A stretch of 64,000 nt of DNA from an uncultured virus (IMG/VR IMGVR_UViG_2061766007_002077) (IMGVR_UViG_2061766007_002077), one strand, 5' to 3'; positions 24,691 through 36,357 are shown, counted from the first letter of the stretch. The notes: generated by a model from the letters alone, not told the origin. Program-made: numbers and translations.

Positions 24691-27471
24691 ATGCCAAGAG
24701 AATATGATTTATTAGTATATCAGGATTTAAATCTCCATGGAAATAAAATAAAGAATCTTACTGAAGTGGATTCAAAGCAGAATGTTTATGTTCATACCAC
24801 TAAGGAAGAGTCCATTGAGTCCGGTGAAGGTCTGAGTATTCTTAACAAGACTACTGGAAATCTAAGTATTGCCAATAATGCGAGCACTTCCAATAGTGGT
24901 GGAAAGGTATCCATAGAGAGTAAGAACTCATCAGCTTCCCTTAAAGCTAAAGAAGGAATCTCCATAGAGAATACATCTTCCAATAATATTGTGATAGAAA
25001 ACAAGGCATCTGTGGTAGGAAATACCGGAGTACTTGTCTTAAAGAGCAAAGGTGATGCCTCTCTTACAAGTTCTGAAGGAACCGCTAAGGTATCTGGTAA
25101 TGGGGATGTGGCTCTCACCAGTACAGGAAATAACGGAAAAGCCGATATATCAGCTGCTAAGGCAGTTACAGTTAAAAGCACAAATGATACCCTTACTTTA
25201 CAAGGAGCAGGAGATACCAAATTAGAGAGCACTGGAGCTAACAGTGACCTCTATCTGAGAGGTAAATGTAATGCCAGTCTTGAGTCCGAAGGAGGAGATT
25301 TATCCCTTACCTCATCTGGAAATATAAGTGAAAGCGCATATTCCGGAATAACTGTTACAAATAGTACTTCCGGAAATATAAGTATAATGAATAATGCTTC
25401 AAATGGAGAAATAAGTACCTCCAGTAAAGGAAAGACCTCTATTTCTTCAGATAAGAAGATTGAATTAAGCGCTTCTGATGATGTTTTCATAACAAGCAGT
25501 AAGGATATATCAATATCCTCAGGAGGATATCCAAGGGGAGTTTCCATAAACACCACATCTGGTGATGTCCTAATAGGAAATTCCAGTAACAGTACTAAGA
25601 TTCTAGGAGATAACCTTAAGATTCAGAGCGGTAGGACAAGTCCTATGATTTCCAATGGGGTTGAGACGGATTCGGGGTCTGGAATAGAGACCTTCAAGGT
25701 GGACATAGATAAAGCTGTGAGAATAAGATGGGATGAATCCACTACANNNNNNNNNNNNNNNNNNNNNNNNNNNNNNAATATTCCAATTGTAAAGTCCAAG
25801 ATGGGATGCACATATTTTAAGAGTCTCTTTGAGAAAGGCTTTAATAAAAGCCCCACGCCTGATGGATATTCAGGGAGATATTTTCCTCTTGTGGACGGAA
25901 GAGTGCCTGAAAGTGAGCCTGAGAATATTCAATGTGTTGATAATTCCACTATTCCAAGTGTGGATAAGAGTTTCAGTGCTTATTTTGCCGAGAGACTTCC
26001 TAATATAGGAAGATTCAAGAATTCAAATTCAAGATATTATCCTCTTTCCAATGATTTAAGATATTATAGCACCAATGATTCCACTCATACTATTTTTTCA
26101 GGTGAAGAATTTCCACAAGAGAACAGTCTGATATCATGGTTGAGTAATGATATGCCAGATGGACCATCCAGAATAACAGACAGTGAATTCTATTTTGATA
26201 ATGAGTGCTCAGATGCTCCGGGATTCTCTTGGGATGGAGTGTTTTCCACGATATCAAGTCAACTTGGAAATCTTATGACAGGTTTGACAACATATCCTAT
26301 TATGGAATCTGAATCCAAGTCTATAGTATGGAAAGATGGAAATGGAAATGTGCTTTCTCCTGTTTATTATGAGAGAAGTGATGCATCATCAGCGCCTATC
26401 ACTTTTGGAAGCTATTCCCATCTCAATACTCAAGACAGATTTATTATAAAGGACTTTGCATCAATAGGTACTTCCTGTGAGATAGTTCAGGAGAACCTTG
26501 AAGTAGGGGAATATTATAATTTCTCAATGTTCATAAAGATACTGTCTAAGGATAGAATAGCTTTGTCTGAATTCACTATGGAATCAGATGACGAATATAC
26601 CTATTCTTCTAATGGGATGGTTCCTGTAAGTAATCTTCCAGACCATTATATAAGACTAGTCATTTACGGAAAAGTTCCTGATAGTGGAAAATTGAAAGTG
26701 AAGTTCTCCTTTGATGAACCGGATAATCAGAACAGCGCTGGTTCTGAAATCAGTATTTGTGGATTATCATTCTCAAAGGGAAGTGCTCCCTTGGACATAG
26801 ATACAAGAACTGCTGGAAAGACCCATGCTGTTTTCATTGGAGCTGATTCCGGACTATATACTAATGGTCTGTTAAATAATAGCAGTACATGGACTGTCAG
26901 ATATACAAGACACTATACTTATATGTACAGTAAGGATACCGAAGTTTCCTTTGTGGAAAATATTGGAAATCTGATTCTAGGGTATCATGGAAATCTTGTT
27001 CAGACTTTAAGTTCCAATCCAGAGGGACTTACTGATATAAACGATTTCATGAATCACGATGAATTTGTTACTGTGGTCAAGGACGGAAATAGCATAAAGG
27101 TATATGTTAGGAACGAGAATGATGAAAAATATTCCTATGATATAACTCCGACAGGAGGGACATTCAATGGAAATATCACCATGGGAACAATAGATTCTGA
27201 CCCTTTGAAAGGTCAGAGAACAAGAAGTATACTTTTAGGTGGGTATAATGACAACAGTGGATTCCATCCTACACATGGAAAGTACAGGGACCTGATTATT
27301 TTATTAGGAACAGCTCTTTCAGAGAAGGATATAAATTTACTGGATAAGTCAATGATAGCTGCCACACAATCCNNNNNNNNNNNNNNNAACGGCAGCAATG
27401 AAGATGGAAAAAACAGAACATTCATTAAGGATGAAGTGATTAGAGCCCCTTTGTTTGGGGAGTTCATATAA
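24691..27471 (+). CDS. Tail fibre/spike protein with Ser/Gly-rich beta-helix repeats (may be two genes split in N-run 25747-25776)
   Basis: Periodic hydrophobic-x-hydrophobic-x-S-x-G repeats (ISIENTSSN, VALTSTGN, LSLTSSGN) in the N-terminal third; beta-rich C-terminal part. Confidence 0.55.
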   Translation: MPREYDLLVYQDLNLHGNKIKNLTEVDSKQNVYVHTTKEESIESGEGLSILNKTTGNLSIANNASTSNSGGKVSIESKNSSASLKAKEGISIENTSSNNIVIENKASVVGNTGVLVLKSKGDASLTSSEGTAKVSGNGDVALTSTGNNGKADISAAKAVTVKSTNDTLTLQGAGDTKLESTGANSDLYLRGKCNASLESEGGDLSLTSSGNISESAYSGITVTNSTSGNISIMNNASNGEISTSSKGKTSISSDKKIELSASDDVFITSSKDISISSGGYPRGVSINTTSGDVLIGNSSNSTKILGDNLKIQSGRTSPMISNGVETDSGSGIETFKVDIDKAVRIRWDESTTXXXXXXXXXXNIPIVKSKMGCTYFKSLFEKGFNKSPTPDGYSGRYFPLVDGRVPESEPENIQCVDNSTIPSVDKSFSAYFAERLPNIGRFKNSNSRYYPLSNDLRYYSTNDSTHTIFSGEEFPQENSLISWLSNDMPDGPSRITDSEFYFDNECSDAPGFSWDGVFSTISSQLGNLMTGLTTYPIMESESKSIVWKDGNGNVLSPVYYERSDASSAPITFGSYSHLNTQDRFIIKDFASIGTSCEIVQENLEVGEYYNFSMFIKILSKDRIALSEFTMESDDEYTYSSNGMVPVSNLPDHYIRLVIYGKVPDSGKLKVKFSFDEPDNQNSAGSEISICGLSFSKGSAPLDIDTRTAGKTHAVFIGADSGLYTNGLLNNSSTWTVRYTRHYTYMYSKDTEVSFVENIGNLILGYHGNLVQTLSSNPEGLTDINDFMNHDEFVTVVKDGNSIKVYVRNENDEKYSYDITPTGGTFNGNITMGTIDSDPLKGQRTRSILLGGYNDNSGFHPTHGKYRDLIILLGTALSEKDINLLDKSMIAATQSXXXXXNGSNEDGKNRTFIKDEVIRAPLFGEFI

Positions 27472-27484
27472 AGGAGAACAGTAT

Positions 27485-27919
27485 ATGGCTTACTTAAGAG
27501 GCGGAACTGTAGTAGATGGTCCTCTTTATGTAGAAGGGGATGTAAAGGTCAAGAGAGTAGTCATAAGAGATGGAGAAGGATATTTCCCTTATGTAGTTGA
27601 TGGAAGTGGAAATAACCCTGATGTCCTTGTCAAATTCAATGGAACTTCCGGTGACCTTGCCGACAGCAATATTAAGCAGGAGTATATAAACAATTCCAAT
27701 AATAAGGATGTCAAGATTACTTTAACTTCTGGAAATAATAATATTGTTGACAGTACCAGTNNNNNNNNNNNNNNNNNNNNNNNNNNNNNNNNNNNNNNNA
27801 TAACCAGCTTCTTATAGATGTTGACCCAGTTAAGGTTAAAGTTCAGACAGGAAGTTTTAAGGCTTATGACAGTTCAAATACTGAAGTTTCCAATCCTACT
27901 GAAAGTGGAGAAGTAGGTG
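27485..27919 (+). CDS. Tail fibre-associated protein (end lies in the N-run)
   Basis: AAGGAG RBS; MAYLRGGTVVDGPLYVEG fibre-like start; LVKFNGTSG.LADS motif. Confidence 0.45.
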
Positions 27920-27970
27920 NNNNNNNNNNNNNNNNNNNNNNNNNNNNNNNNNNNNNNNNNAAGATTTGAT

Positions 27971-29888
27971 ATGGAAGATAATATTCAAGAAATCGAAGTG
28001 ACCCCTGTTTCCATAACTGCAAGAGGAACATGGAACAAGCAGATATCAGGAGAGGTGCCTGATTTTACAAATTTAAAGTTCTCTGTGAAATACTCAGATA
28101 AAAGTACTCTGAAATATGAGGACTGGGATTCCTTTAATAAAGAGGGCGGAAGATACTCAGTTCCTTATGGAACAAAATGGGCACCCTTAGAGGATACTCA
28201 GNNNNNNNNNNNNNNNNNNNNNNNNNNNNNNNNNNNTATTCGGTTCAGAAGTCTGTATCTCTTCCAGTGGTAAGAAAAGTCAAGGAGATATCTCTGGTAT
28301 CCCAGGACAGGAGACTGGATGCAGGAAAGCCTGTTGATTTAGGATACTTGAATCTGAGAGTGAGATACACTGATAATTCATATAAGGAAGGTAAAGAGGT
28401 AAATCATAGTCTTATAACTGTAAACCCTCAGATTATACCTATTGATTCATCTGATTCCTATCCTTGTGAAATCATCTATACTGAAAATGATTTTGAGATA
28501 TCTTCCGTAATAAATATCCTTGTTGAGCCTAAGGTTTATACTGCTACCATAACTTCTGATGGTAACAAGGGGTCAGCTTATTTCATAAGAAATGGAAAGA
28601 AGGTCACGAAATTCAGTTTCGGACCTAAAGATATTCCTTTTGAGGTTGAGCTTCTTGCTGAGCCTATTGATGATTCACACAGAATATCCTCTTGGTGGTC
28701 TTCTATTTTTTGTGAAATTTCAGGATTATGTGAAAATCATGCTTTTCTTAAAATTCCTAAGGAACTTACATCAGATGATGTAAATGTGTCAGTTATATGG
28801 GATAAGAAAAGATATGATAAGTATGGTAATATCTTCCTTATTGAGGATAAGGAACTTAAAGAAGTCACTTTGAATCACAGTAATANNNNNNNNNNNNNNN
28901 NNNNNNNNNNNNNNNNNNNNNAAAAAGGGATGTATTCAAAGAACTGGAGATATCCAGTATTAAATTCAATAATCATCTGAGATTTATAGAGGACAGTGCA
29001 TTTGAAAGATGCTCCATAACCAATATTGAATTTCCTGCTTCACTTGAATCCATCGGAGAATCTTCCTTTGAGGGGTGTACTAATCTTAAATCTATTGTAT
29101 TTAAGAGCACAAACCCTATAGTTATAGGAAAAGCAGCTTTCAGAGGATGCAGAGCACTTTCCACTTTGGATTTCTTGTCTATGGGAAGAAGATTCAAGGA
29201 ATGTGTGTTTGGTGACGGAGTGAACAAAGATGTATGGGAAGGATGCAGTCTTCGCAGAATACTTCTTACCAAAGAGAACTTTTCTTCTGTGATAAGAGAA
29301 AAATATTCAGATAAGAATATTACATCAAGGTCTGCTGGAGGCTTTAAGGTAAGATTCAGAAGTCCAGAAGATAAATTCTATATAAGAGTTATAGGAACTA
29401 CTGAAAAAGGATATTCAGATGAAATATCCTCCGATTTGGATAGAGGGTACTCCTATGAATCTGATAAGACTCTTAAAGAAATATCCTTTAAATCTTATAG
29501 TCATATAGATGATGTGGATTTCAGAGAATCCTGCGGGGTATATCTTACCAGTCAAGGAGCACATGAAATGTGGGTGGAGTCCTTAGGATTGGGTTATCCA
29601 GATTTTAATTATGACCCCATGATAACCTTTTACAGTAACTACAGGTTCACCACTAATGGTGGGGATGATGTAATCCATGAGGATGATAGTATCCTTATAG
29701 GAAATGGATTTGATAACTGGAACATGATGTCCTATGTCAATGATGTTCTTTATCCTAACATCAAATTAGGTGAGGATTCCCTTTCTGACAAAGATTTTGA
29801 TGAGTCAACAGGGTCTCATGAACTGGATAAGACAGTCGGAACATTGATAGACCTTATGATTCCAATATACAACCTGAGGTTATTATGA
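27971..29888 (+). CDS. Bacterial Ig-like + BspA/TpLRR (LRR_5) repeat protein
   Basis: L.F.VKYSD and L.L.VRYTD Ig-like motifs; frame after 28921 reads LRFIEDSAFERCSITNIEFPASLESIGESSFEGCTNLKSIVF...IGKAAFRGCRAL. Confidence 0.7.
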
Positions 29889-30263
29889 ATTCCATAGAGC
29901 TTACCCTATATGTCCTTCTTGTCACTGGAATCGTCTTTCTTACTTCCTTCCTCATGGAGATTTACAAGAAACTCATAAGGAAGGATAAATTCAAGAGATG
30001 GGAGTGCTGGATTATAGGGGCAATTCTGTCGGCTGTCGGAATAGAGATTCTTCATCTGAGCGGTGCTCTCTACCTTGTGTTCCATAATATGCTCAATGCT
30101 NNNNNNNNNNNNNNNNNNNNNNNNNNNNNNNNNGCTTAAAGTGGACATGAAACTGATAAAGGCCCTCATAAAGAGTCTGTCCATAAATCTTATAAGGAAA
30201 TCTGGCCTGTCAAAGGAACAGACAGAAATAATAGTCTCAGCTTTAGATAAAAAAGATAATTAA
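29885..30263 (+). CDS. Holin-like membrane protein
   Basis: Two or more hydrophobic helices and a basic C-terminus; end of the tail module; rejoined across an N-run. Confidence 0.4.
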
Positions 30264-30314
30264 ATCTCCTGAAAACGCTTTATATTAAAGGTGTATATAC
30301 AGGAGATTTTATCA

Positions 30315-30560
30315 ATGAAAGTTCTTAACGATTATGTCCTTATTGAAGAGCCAATTGTGGCCGAGAAGAAGTCCGAGTCAGNNNNNNNNNNNNNNNNNNN
30401 NNNNNNNNNNNNNNNAGCTAAGGTTCTTGAGGTAGGAATCAATGTCAAGGAAATCTCAAAGGGAGATACTGTTCTTTATATGCCTAAGACCGGAATCCGC
30501 ATGAAGCAGGATGATAACATCCANNNNNNNNNNNNNNNNNNNNNNNNNNNNNNNNNNNNN
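30315..30560 (+). CDS. groES: Co-chaperonin GroES (Cpn10)-like; end lies in the N-run
   Basis: MKVLNDYVLIE...AKVLEVG..VKEISKGDTVLY; AGGAG RBS. Confidence 0.75.
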
Positions 30561-30648
30561 NNNNNNNNNNNNNNNNNNNNNNNNNNNNNNNNNNNNNNNN
30601 NNNNNNNNNNNNNNNNNNNNNNNNNNNNNNNNNNNNNNNNNNNNNNNN

Positions 30649-31048
30649 GGTTCATGTCTGTGATGCCCTTGGATTAAGGGATGTACCAGAGATTCTTTTT
30701 CTGGAGTATGAGGATGGAGAGTGCTATGCAAATCTTTATAACTTAAAGAAAAGTTCAAGGAATTCCCCTTACAAGACAAAAAGGATACAATTGGATGATT
30801 TGATAAGTCTCTTTATTGAGTTCCTTAGAAGCGGTGATATGCCTTATCCTGATACGGTTGGAACAAACAGAAAGAGCCTCTATGATTCCATAACCCATAG
30901 GGAAGTCAAGCGTATGAGAGTTGTTTTACCGTCTTGTTTCCTTCAGATAGAATATGAGGATGAGAATCAGAATCTTGACTTTTCATTTCTGGCCACAGAC
31001 AAGATAAGGGAGTGTTTCAGGGTTGTAGAGCCCGAGGAGATTGACTAA
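30649..31048 (+). CDS. Hypothetical protein (start lies in the N-run)
   Basis: Frame of ORF 30791..31048 is open back to the N-run (VHVCDALGL...). Confidence 0.5.
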
Positions 31049-31177
31049 TTAAGGTATATGATGAGAAGTGATTTTACATGCCATTATATGTTTCTTTGAT
31101 TAGTTTTCTCTATAAGGGATTTCCCTTTCAGCAAGACCTTGTAAGGGNNNNNNNNNNNNNNNNNNNNNNNNNNNNNN

Positions 31178-31379
31178 GATTATTTTGTATTCCACTGGTT
31201 GTCCTAAGTGCAATGTTCTGGAAAAGAAACTCAAGGCCAAGGATATTGACTTTGTAGTTGTGGAAGGTGATGAGCCTATCGCAGAAAAGGGATTCTCAGA
31301 GGCTCCCCTTNNNNNNNNNNNNNNNNNNNNNNNNNNNNNNNNNNNNNNAGCAGTTCAGTGGGTAAATACAAGGAGATAA
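31178..31379 (+). CDS. nrdH: Glutaredoxin-like NrdH redoxin (start lies in the N-run)
   Basis: LYSTGCPKC.VL.KKL...APL CxxC motif, directly upstream of nrdD. Confidence 0.7.
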
Positions 31380-31382
31380 TAT

Positions 31383-33356
31383 ATGGATATTACAATAAGC
31401 CTTAACAAAGACTTTGAAAGATGCTTGGATGATTTGAGAATCAAGTATGGTGAGGATTTTNNNNNNNNNNNNNNNNNNNNNNNNNNNNNNNNNNNNNNTC
31501 CTTGGTAAGTTCGCCAATAAGAAGACTCTGGCAGATTCCACCATTGACCCCAATGCCAATGCTTTCCATAGGGATTTGAAGAGTTTTACCACAGAAAAGA
31601 GCAAACCAGAGGATAAGGTATTTGCTCTTAACAAGATATTCTATGAGATTAAGAAGAAGTGGGGACTCAAGACAGCAAAGAAGTGGTTGGACTTGGAGTT
31701 CAGCAAGGCTCTGTATCTGAATGACGCATCAACGGCAAGTTATTTCCCATATTGTTGGGCTAATGATCTGACAAGACTTGCCACAGAGGGTCTGTTCTTC
31801 ATCGGTGAGAACTACAACAATGAGCCTCCCAAGCATCTTGAAACATATTTCGATGATGTGATTGAACTTATCTCTTTCCTTTCCAACAGACAGAGTGGTG
31901 CTGTCGGTATCCCCAATGTTCTCATTTGGGCATATTACTTCTGGAAGAAAGATGTGGAAGATGGATATTTCCTCAAGACCCCTGAGATTTATCTCAGGCA
32001 GGTTCTCCAGAAGTTCATTTTCAGACTTAATCAGCCTTTCATCAGAATAGACCAGTCTGCTTTCACAAATGTAAGTATCTTTGACCGAAAGTATCTTGAA
32101 GCTCTCTTTGGTGGAGTGGAGTTCCCTGATGGTTCATTCGCCATTGACCAGATTGAAGATATTCTTGAAGTACAGAAAGTCTTTATGGAAGTTGTTGCTG
32201 AGACAAGAAGCAGACAGATGTTCACGTTCCCTGTAATCACAACAAGTCTTCTTTACAATTACAAGACCTTTACATTTGAAGATGAGGATTTTGCAAGATG
32301 GGCTTGCAGGCACAACATCAAGTGGTCAGATACCAATTTCTTCATCAGTGATAATGTCGGTGTTCTTTCCAACTGCTGCAGATTGCTGAGTGATACAAAG
32401 GAACTTGACCCGTTCATCAACTCAATCGGTGGAACTGCTCTGTCAGTAGGTTCTTGTAGGGTTTCCACAATCAACTTGGTGAGAATCGCCTATGAGGTTC
32501 TTAACCTTGACAAGCCGCTTGATGATAAGTATNNNNNNNNNNNNNNNNNNNNNNGCTTCTCAAGGAGAGAGTTGAACTTGATTGCAAGGCTCTTTACTCA
32601 ATGAGACATATCATCAAGAGAAACATCGAGAAGGGTTTCCTTCCCAACTATCAGGATGGCGCTCTGGAGCTTGAGAAGCAGTTCTGTACAATCGGTGGTA
32701 TGGGTCTGTTTGAGGTTATGGACTTGTTCGGTCTTATCAAGACTGATGAGTTCGGATATAAGTCCTATTCTGATGAGGCCATTGAGTTCTCTTTGAGGAT
32801 TCTTGAAGCAATGAATGAGGTCAAGGACAATTTCACCAAGGAGCAGGAGTGTGATTTCAAGTACAACATCGAGTTCATTCCTGGTGAGAATGTCGCAGGT
32901 GTTCTCTGTACCGCTGATAATCTTCTCTTTGAGCAGAACAGATATTTCATCTATTCTAACCAGTGGATACCTCTTATGGCCAAATGCACAATCCAAGAGA
33001 AGTGTAAGCTGAGTGGTCTGTTTGACAAGAAGTGTGGTGGTGGTTCAATCGCCCATATCAACATTGAGGGTAGATTCCCCAATGAAGATGCCGCCTGGGA
33101 TATGTTGAATTATGTTGCAAAGCAGGGAGTCATTTACTTCGCTTTCACAACGAAGATTTCAGTATGTAAGCACAGACACGCTTTCATAGGTACAAGCACT
33201 TGTCCTGTTTGTGGAGAGCCTATTGCTGATACATTTATGAGAATTGTAGGTTTCTATACTCCACAGAGTGCCTATTCAGCCATAAGGAAAAAGGAGTCCA
33301 ATTTGAGAGAATGGTATCTTGATTTGAGAGGTGATAGTCTTGGATACGCAGTTTGA
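31383..33356 (+). CDS. nrdD: Anaerobic (class III) ribonucleoside-triphosphate reductase
   Basis: QSGAVG, FTFPV, SNCCRL, IPGE, SNQWIPL, C-terminal CxxH..CPVCG and RIVGF glycyl-radical motif; rejoined across N-runs. Confidence 0.9.
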
Positions 33357-33849
33357 CAATGCCATAAGACTTAAAGGTGTGGTGATGGATGACTTCTGCA
33401 ATTACAAGAGGCCATCCATGTTCCTCATTTCCTCTTTCTGTGATTGGAAGTGCTGTATCGAACAGAAACTTCCTCTTACAAGTTGCCAGAATGAGCCGTT
33501 ACACGAATATGAATCCAAGAAATTCACTTATAAGTCATTGTACAATGCCTATAAGGACAACAACATAACTGAAGCAGTTGTCATAGGTGGTCTTGAGCCA
33601 TTCATTCAGGATACAGAGGTGTATGGACTTATGAAGTATTTCAGGAGTAAGGGGTGTAAGGACAAGTTCGTGATTTACTCCGGTTATACCGAAGATGAAC
33701 TGAGGGACAACCCTTTGTTCCTTGAAATGATTAAGTTAGGGAACTTGGTGATTAAGTTCGGCAGATTTGTTCCCAATCAGAAACCCCATTTTGATGAGGT
33801 GTTGGGTGTCAATCTGATATCTGATAACCAGTATGGTAAAGAATATTGA
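33331..33849 (+). CDS. nrdG: Anaerobic RNR activating protein (radical SAM-like)
   Basis: CDWKCC...CQN cluster motif, GGLEP, IYSGYT, KFGRF...SDNQ; follows nrdD. Confidence 0.8.
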   Translation: MIVLDTQFDNAIRLKGVVMDDFCNYKRPSMFLISSFCDWKCCIEQKLPLTSCQNEPLHEYESKKFTYKSLYNAYKDNNITEAVVIGGLEPFIQDTEVYGLMKYFRSKGCKDKFVIYSGYTEDELRDNPLFLEMIKLGNLVIKFGRFVPNQKPHFDEVLGVNLISDNQYGKEY

Positions 33850-33874
33850 CCTTGAAAAAGGTCAATTTTTTTTT
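33845..33874 (+). terminator. Rho-independent terminator
   Basis: ATTGACCTT-GAAA-AAGGTCAAT followed by a T-run. Confidence 0.75.
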
Positions 33875-33884
33875 ATTTTAGGTA

Positions 33885-33913
33885 TTGACAGATTATTGAA
33901 ATGATAGTATCAT
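33885..33913 (+). promoter_or_regulatory. Sigma70-type early promoter
   Basis: TTGACA-N17-TATCAT followed by AAGGAGG RBS. Confidence 0.75.
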
Positions 33914-33936
33914 ATAGATGTAAGGAGGAACAGAGT

Positions 33937-34338
33937 ATGTTCAAGAGTAAGTTTGTAAGAATCCTCAATNNNNNNNNNNATTCCCAGAAAGGACCTCTAT
34001 GAGCCTATCGCCAATCAGATGGATGAGGAACAGGTCCCTGAGTTTTTCTGGAAGTTTCTCAGCTATGTGGAGACACTGGGTGTAGGAACAGTGGAGGCTG
34101 NNNNNNNNNNNNNNNNNNNNNNNNNNNNNNNNNNNNNNNNNNNNNNNNNNNNNNNNTTGACAACCTCAATGGGAGACCCAACAGGTTCCTTGGTATCCTT
34201 AACTCCAACACCAACTGCTTCGGAGTAGTGGATTGGGGCTCCTTCTTGTCTGAGACAGAAGTGGAAAAAGCTCTTGAAGAGGCCAAGAGAGAAGTATTGT
34301 CAATGTCAGGAATCAACTTTTCCGCCAAGGGCTATTGA
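33937..34338 (+). CDS. Hypothetical early protein
   Basis: RBS and ATG at 33937; rejoined across N-runs; ends KGY*. Confidence 0.55.
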
Positions 34339-34363
34339 CAAATATCCTCAGTTATGGTATCAT
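34335..34363 (+). promoter_or_regulatory. Sigma70-type early promoter
   Basis: TTGACA-N17-TATCAT, then ATGTAAGGAG as at 33885. Confidence 0.75.
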
Positions 34364-34386
34364 AAGAATGTAAGGAGATAAGAACT

Positions 34387-34779
34387 ATGACAAGAACAGA
34401 AGCAAAGACATTTCAGAAGGAGCTCACTTCCGCAATCCAGTCTGTACTTAATAAGTACAATCTGACACTCACACAGAACGGAGTCACTTTCGGTGAGACA
34501 GAAGTGAAGGTCAGCCTTAAGATGAAGCAGCTCAACACTGACGGGACTCATAAGTTTGATGATATCACAGAGAGACTGCTGAGCTTCGAGCTCAGGTCTT
34601 CCGGAGTTCAGAACATTCCCTCCACAATCGTTGGTTCTAAGGTTCAGCACAGAATCAGCGGAAAGACCTTCATCATCACGGGCTACAACAGAAAGGCTCA
34701 GAAGTATCCTATCGAGGCCCAGGAAGTTCCAACTGGTCAGATGTACAAGATGAGGGCTGATGGACTGATGTTCATCTGA
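34387..34779 (+). CDS. Hypothetical early protein
   Basis: Promoter and AAGGAG RBS; 130-aa ORF. Confidence 0.7.
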   Translation: MTRTEAKTFQKELTSAIQSVLNKYNLTLTQNGVTFGETEVKVSLKMKQLNTDGTHKFDDITERLLSFELRSSGVQNIPSTIVGSKVQHRISGKTFIITGYNRKAQKYPIEAQEVPTGQMYKMRADGLMFI

Positions 34780-34795
34780 TTATATTAGGTAGTAT

Positions 34796-35173
34796 ATGAA
34801 GAAAGAACAGACCGAAGCAATTCTTGGTGGAATGGTTCAGATAGTGGCGCTGCTCAACTTCTACAAGGAAATGAGCGGTGACATTGCCCAAGGAATATTG
34901 AACTCAAAATCTTCCCGCAGGAAGTCAAAAATGACGCAGGAAATGGTTTTGGCACAGATGGGTCATACATCTTTGATGTCCTCAATTAACCTGCTGGCAC
35001 CCTTCCTTGTGAGTATCGGAATAAATCTTGCAGAGACCGAAGATGGTGAGTATGTATTGATGTACAAAGGAGACTTTGTAGAAATGACAGACCTGGGAAG
35101 GGAGAAGTTCCTTGCCAATCTTATGAAAAAAGTAGAGGAATCAAATGGACTTCAAGAAAGCGACGATAATTGA
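34796..35173 (+). CDS. Hypothetical protein
   Basis: ORF in the operon. Confidence 0.65.
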   Translation: MKKEQTEAILGGMVQIVALLNFYKEMSGDIAQGILNSKSSRRKSKMTQEMVLAQMGHTSLMSSINLLAPFLVSIGINLAETEDGEYVLMYKGDFVEMTDLGREKFLANLMKKVEESNGLQESDDN

Positions 35174-35747
35174 TTTGATTAGGTATCTTGAGGATTTGGA
35201 GCAGGATACCATGATTCTCCATGTGAATATGGAAGAGGCCCTTGACAAGAGATACAAGAGCAAGGTGATTCCCAAGGATATCTACACCATTCTTTTCAAT
35301 ACAATCAAGTCAACTACTGAGGGTTCAATCAAGGTAAACAATATTGTTCTGACAGAGCCCGATTCAATGGACAAGAGTACCTATACCGGAAGGGTTGTAA
35401 GTCCTATGGACAATATGACCATCTGTGACACCAAGTCACCTAAGGAACTGGGTGCCTGGATTATGGACAGACCTGAATGGACACTTGATAGGGTCAACTC
35501 TGAATTGGGTGCTGAGTTCCTTGGTAAAGAGGTATCTGACACATTCAGTTACAATGTCAACAACGGAATGGTTGTCATTGTGGGTGAAGGAAGTTCAAGA
35601 AAGTATTTCTTCAAGAAGGACTTCACAGCCCTTGGTTATGAGAACGGAAATATCCTTCTCCTTAAACCTTGGTATAGTGAGAAAAATTATTATGAAGTAA
35701 TTGATTCTGTACATTATAATAGTAATGAGGAGACGGAAATTGCCTGA
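35145..35747 (+). CDS. Hypothetical protein
   Basis: GAGGA RBS; 200-aa ORF. Confidence 0.65.
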   Translation: MDFKKATIIDLIRYLEDLEQDTMILHVNMEEALDKRYKSKVIPKDIYTILFNTIKSTTEGSIKVNNIVLTEPDSMDKSTYTGRVVSPMDNMTICDTKSPKELGAWIMDRPEWTLDRVNSELGAEFLGKEVSDTFSYNVNNGMVVIVGEGSSRKYFFKKDFTALGYENGNILLLKPWYSEKNYYEVIDSVHYNSNEETEIA

Positions 35748-36036
35748 ACTTTATGTGATTGAGACATTTGAGACACTGCCTTGTGAGACTGACACCTTCA
35801 CCATTAAGGGAAGAAGGGCTGACAAGGATGATTTCGGGGAGTCCTTTGAGGGTAACAGACATTGTGATTCATATTGCAGGAAGTCTCCTTGCAAGAACCA
35901 CAGATTCAAGACATTTCCTTACAAGGATAATGTTGATGTGGCCAAGAAGTACGGATTGGACGAGAGGGAATACAAGAGGGTGTGTGAAGCCCTTGAAGAT
36001 AAACTTAGTGTAGGGGAGTGCAAGTGGTGCGGTTGA
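35740..36036 (+). CDS. Cys-containing hypothetical protein, paralog of 52660..52986
   Basis: GAGGAG RBS and TTG start; LPCE..FTI.G..AD..DFG ... G.C.WC shared with the paralog. Confidence 0.65.
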   Translation: MPELYVIETFETLPCETDTFTIKGRRADKDDFGESFEGNRHCDSYCRKSPCKNHRFKTFPYKDNVDVAKKYGLDEREYKRVCEALEDKLSVGECKWCG

Positions 36037-36353
36037 AGAAGAAGAATAACAATGTTCCTGTTGAGTGGACGATTGAGGACCAGAAGGTTGCTCTTGAGTG
36101 GAAGGTCAATCAGATTTTCGGTGACAGAATCACCATCTGTGATAAGGACTACTCTGTATCTGTGGTTGTGTCTGACAACATTCATGAGGTCTATGTCAAG
36201 ATGATTTATGAGGGTTCAGCCAGCGTGAATAATCTCAATGACCTTTTCACAGAGGTTCATGACAAGCTCTTTGACATCGGATACAAGTTCTATGGAATCA
36301 GAGAGTACAAGGACAATCATGAGGTCTGTGTATATTACACAAGAAGGGGCTGA
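36033..36353 (+). CDS. Hypothetical protein
   Basis: Overlapping operon gene. Confidence 0.6.
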   Translation: MKKKNNNVPVEWTIEDQKVALEWKVNQIFGDRITICDKDYSVSVVVSDNIHEVYVKMIYEGSASVNNLNDLFTEVHDKLFDIGYKFYGIREYKDNHEVCVYYTRRG

Positions 36354-36357
36354 TTGG

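Noticed and set aside
31383..33356. Intron or intein splitting nrdD
   Set aside because: The rejoined length (~650 aa) is normal for a compact NrdD, and the break lies in a 23-nt mask
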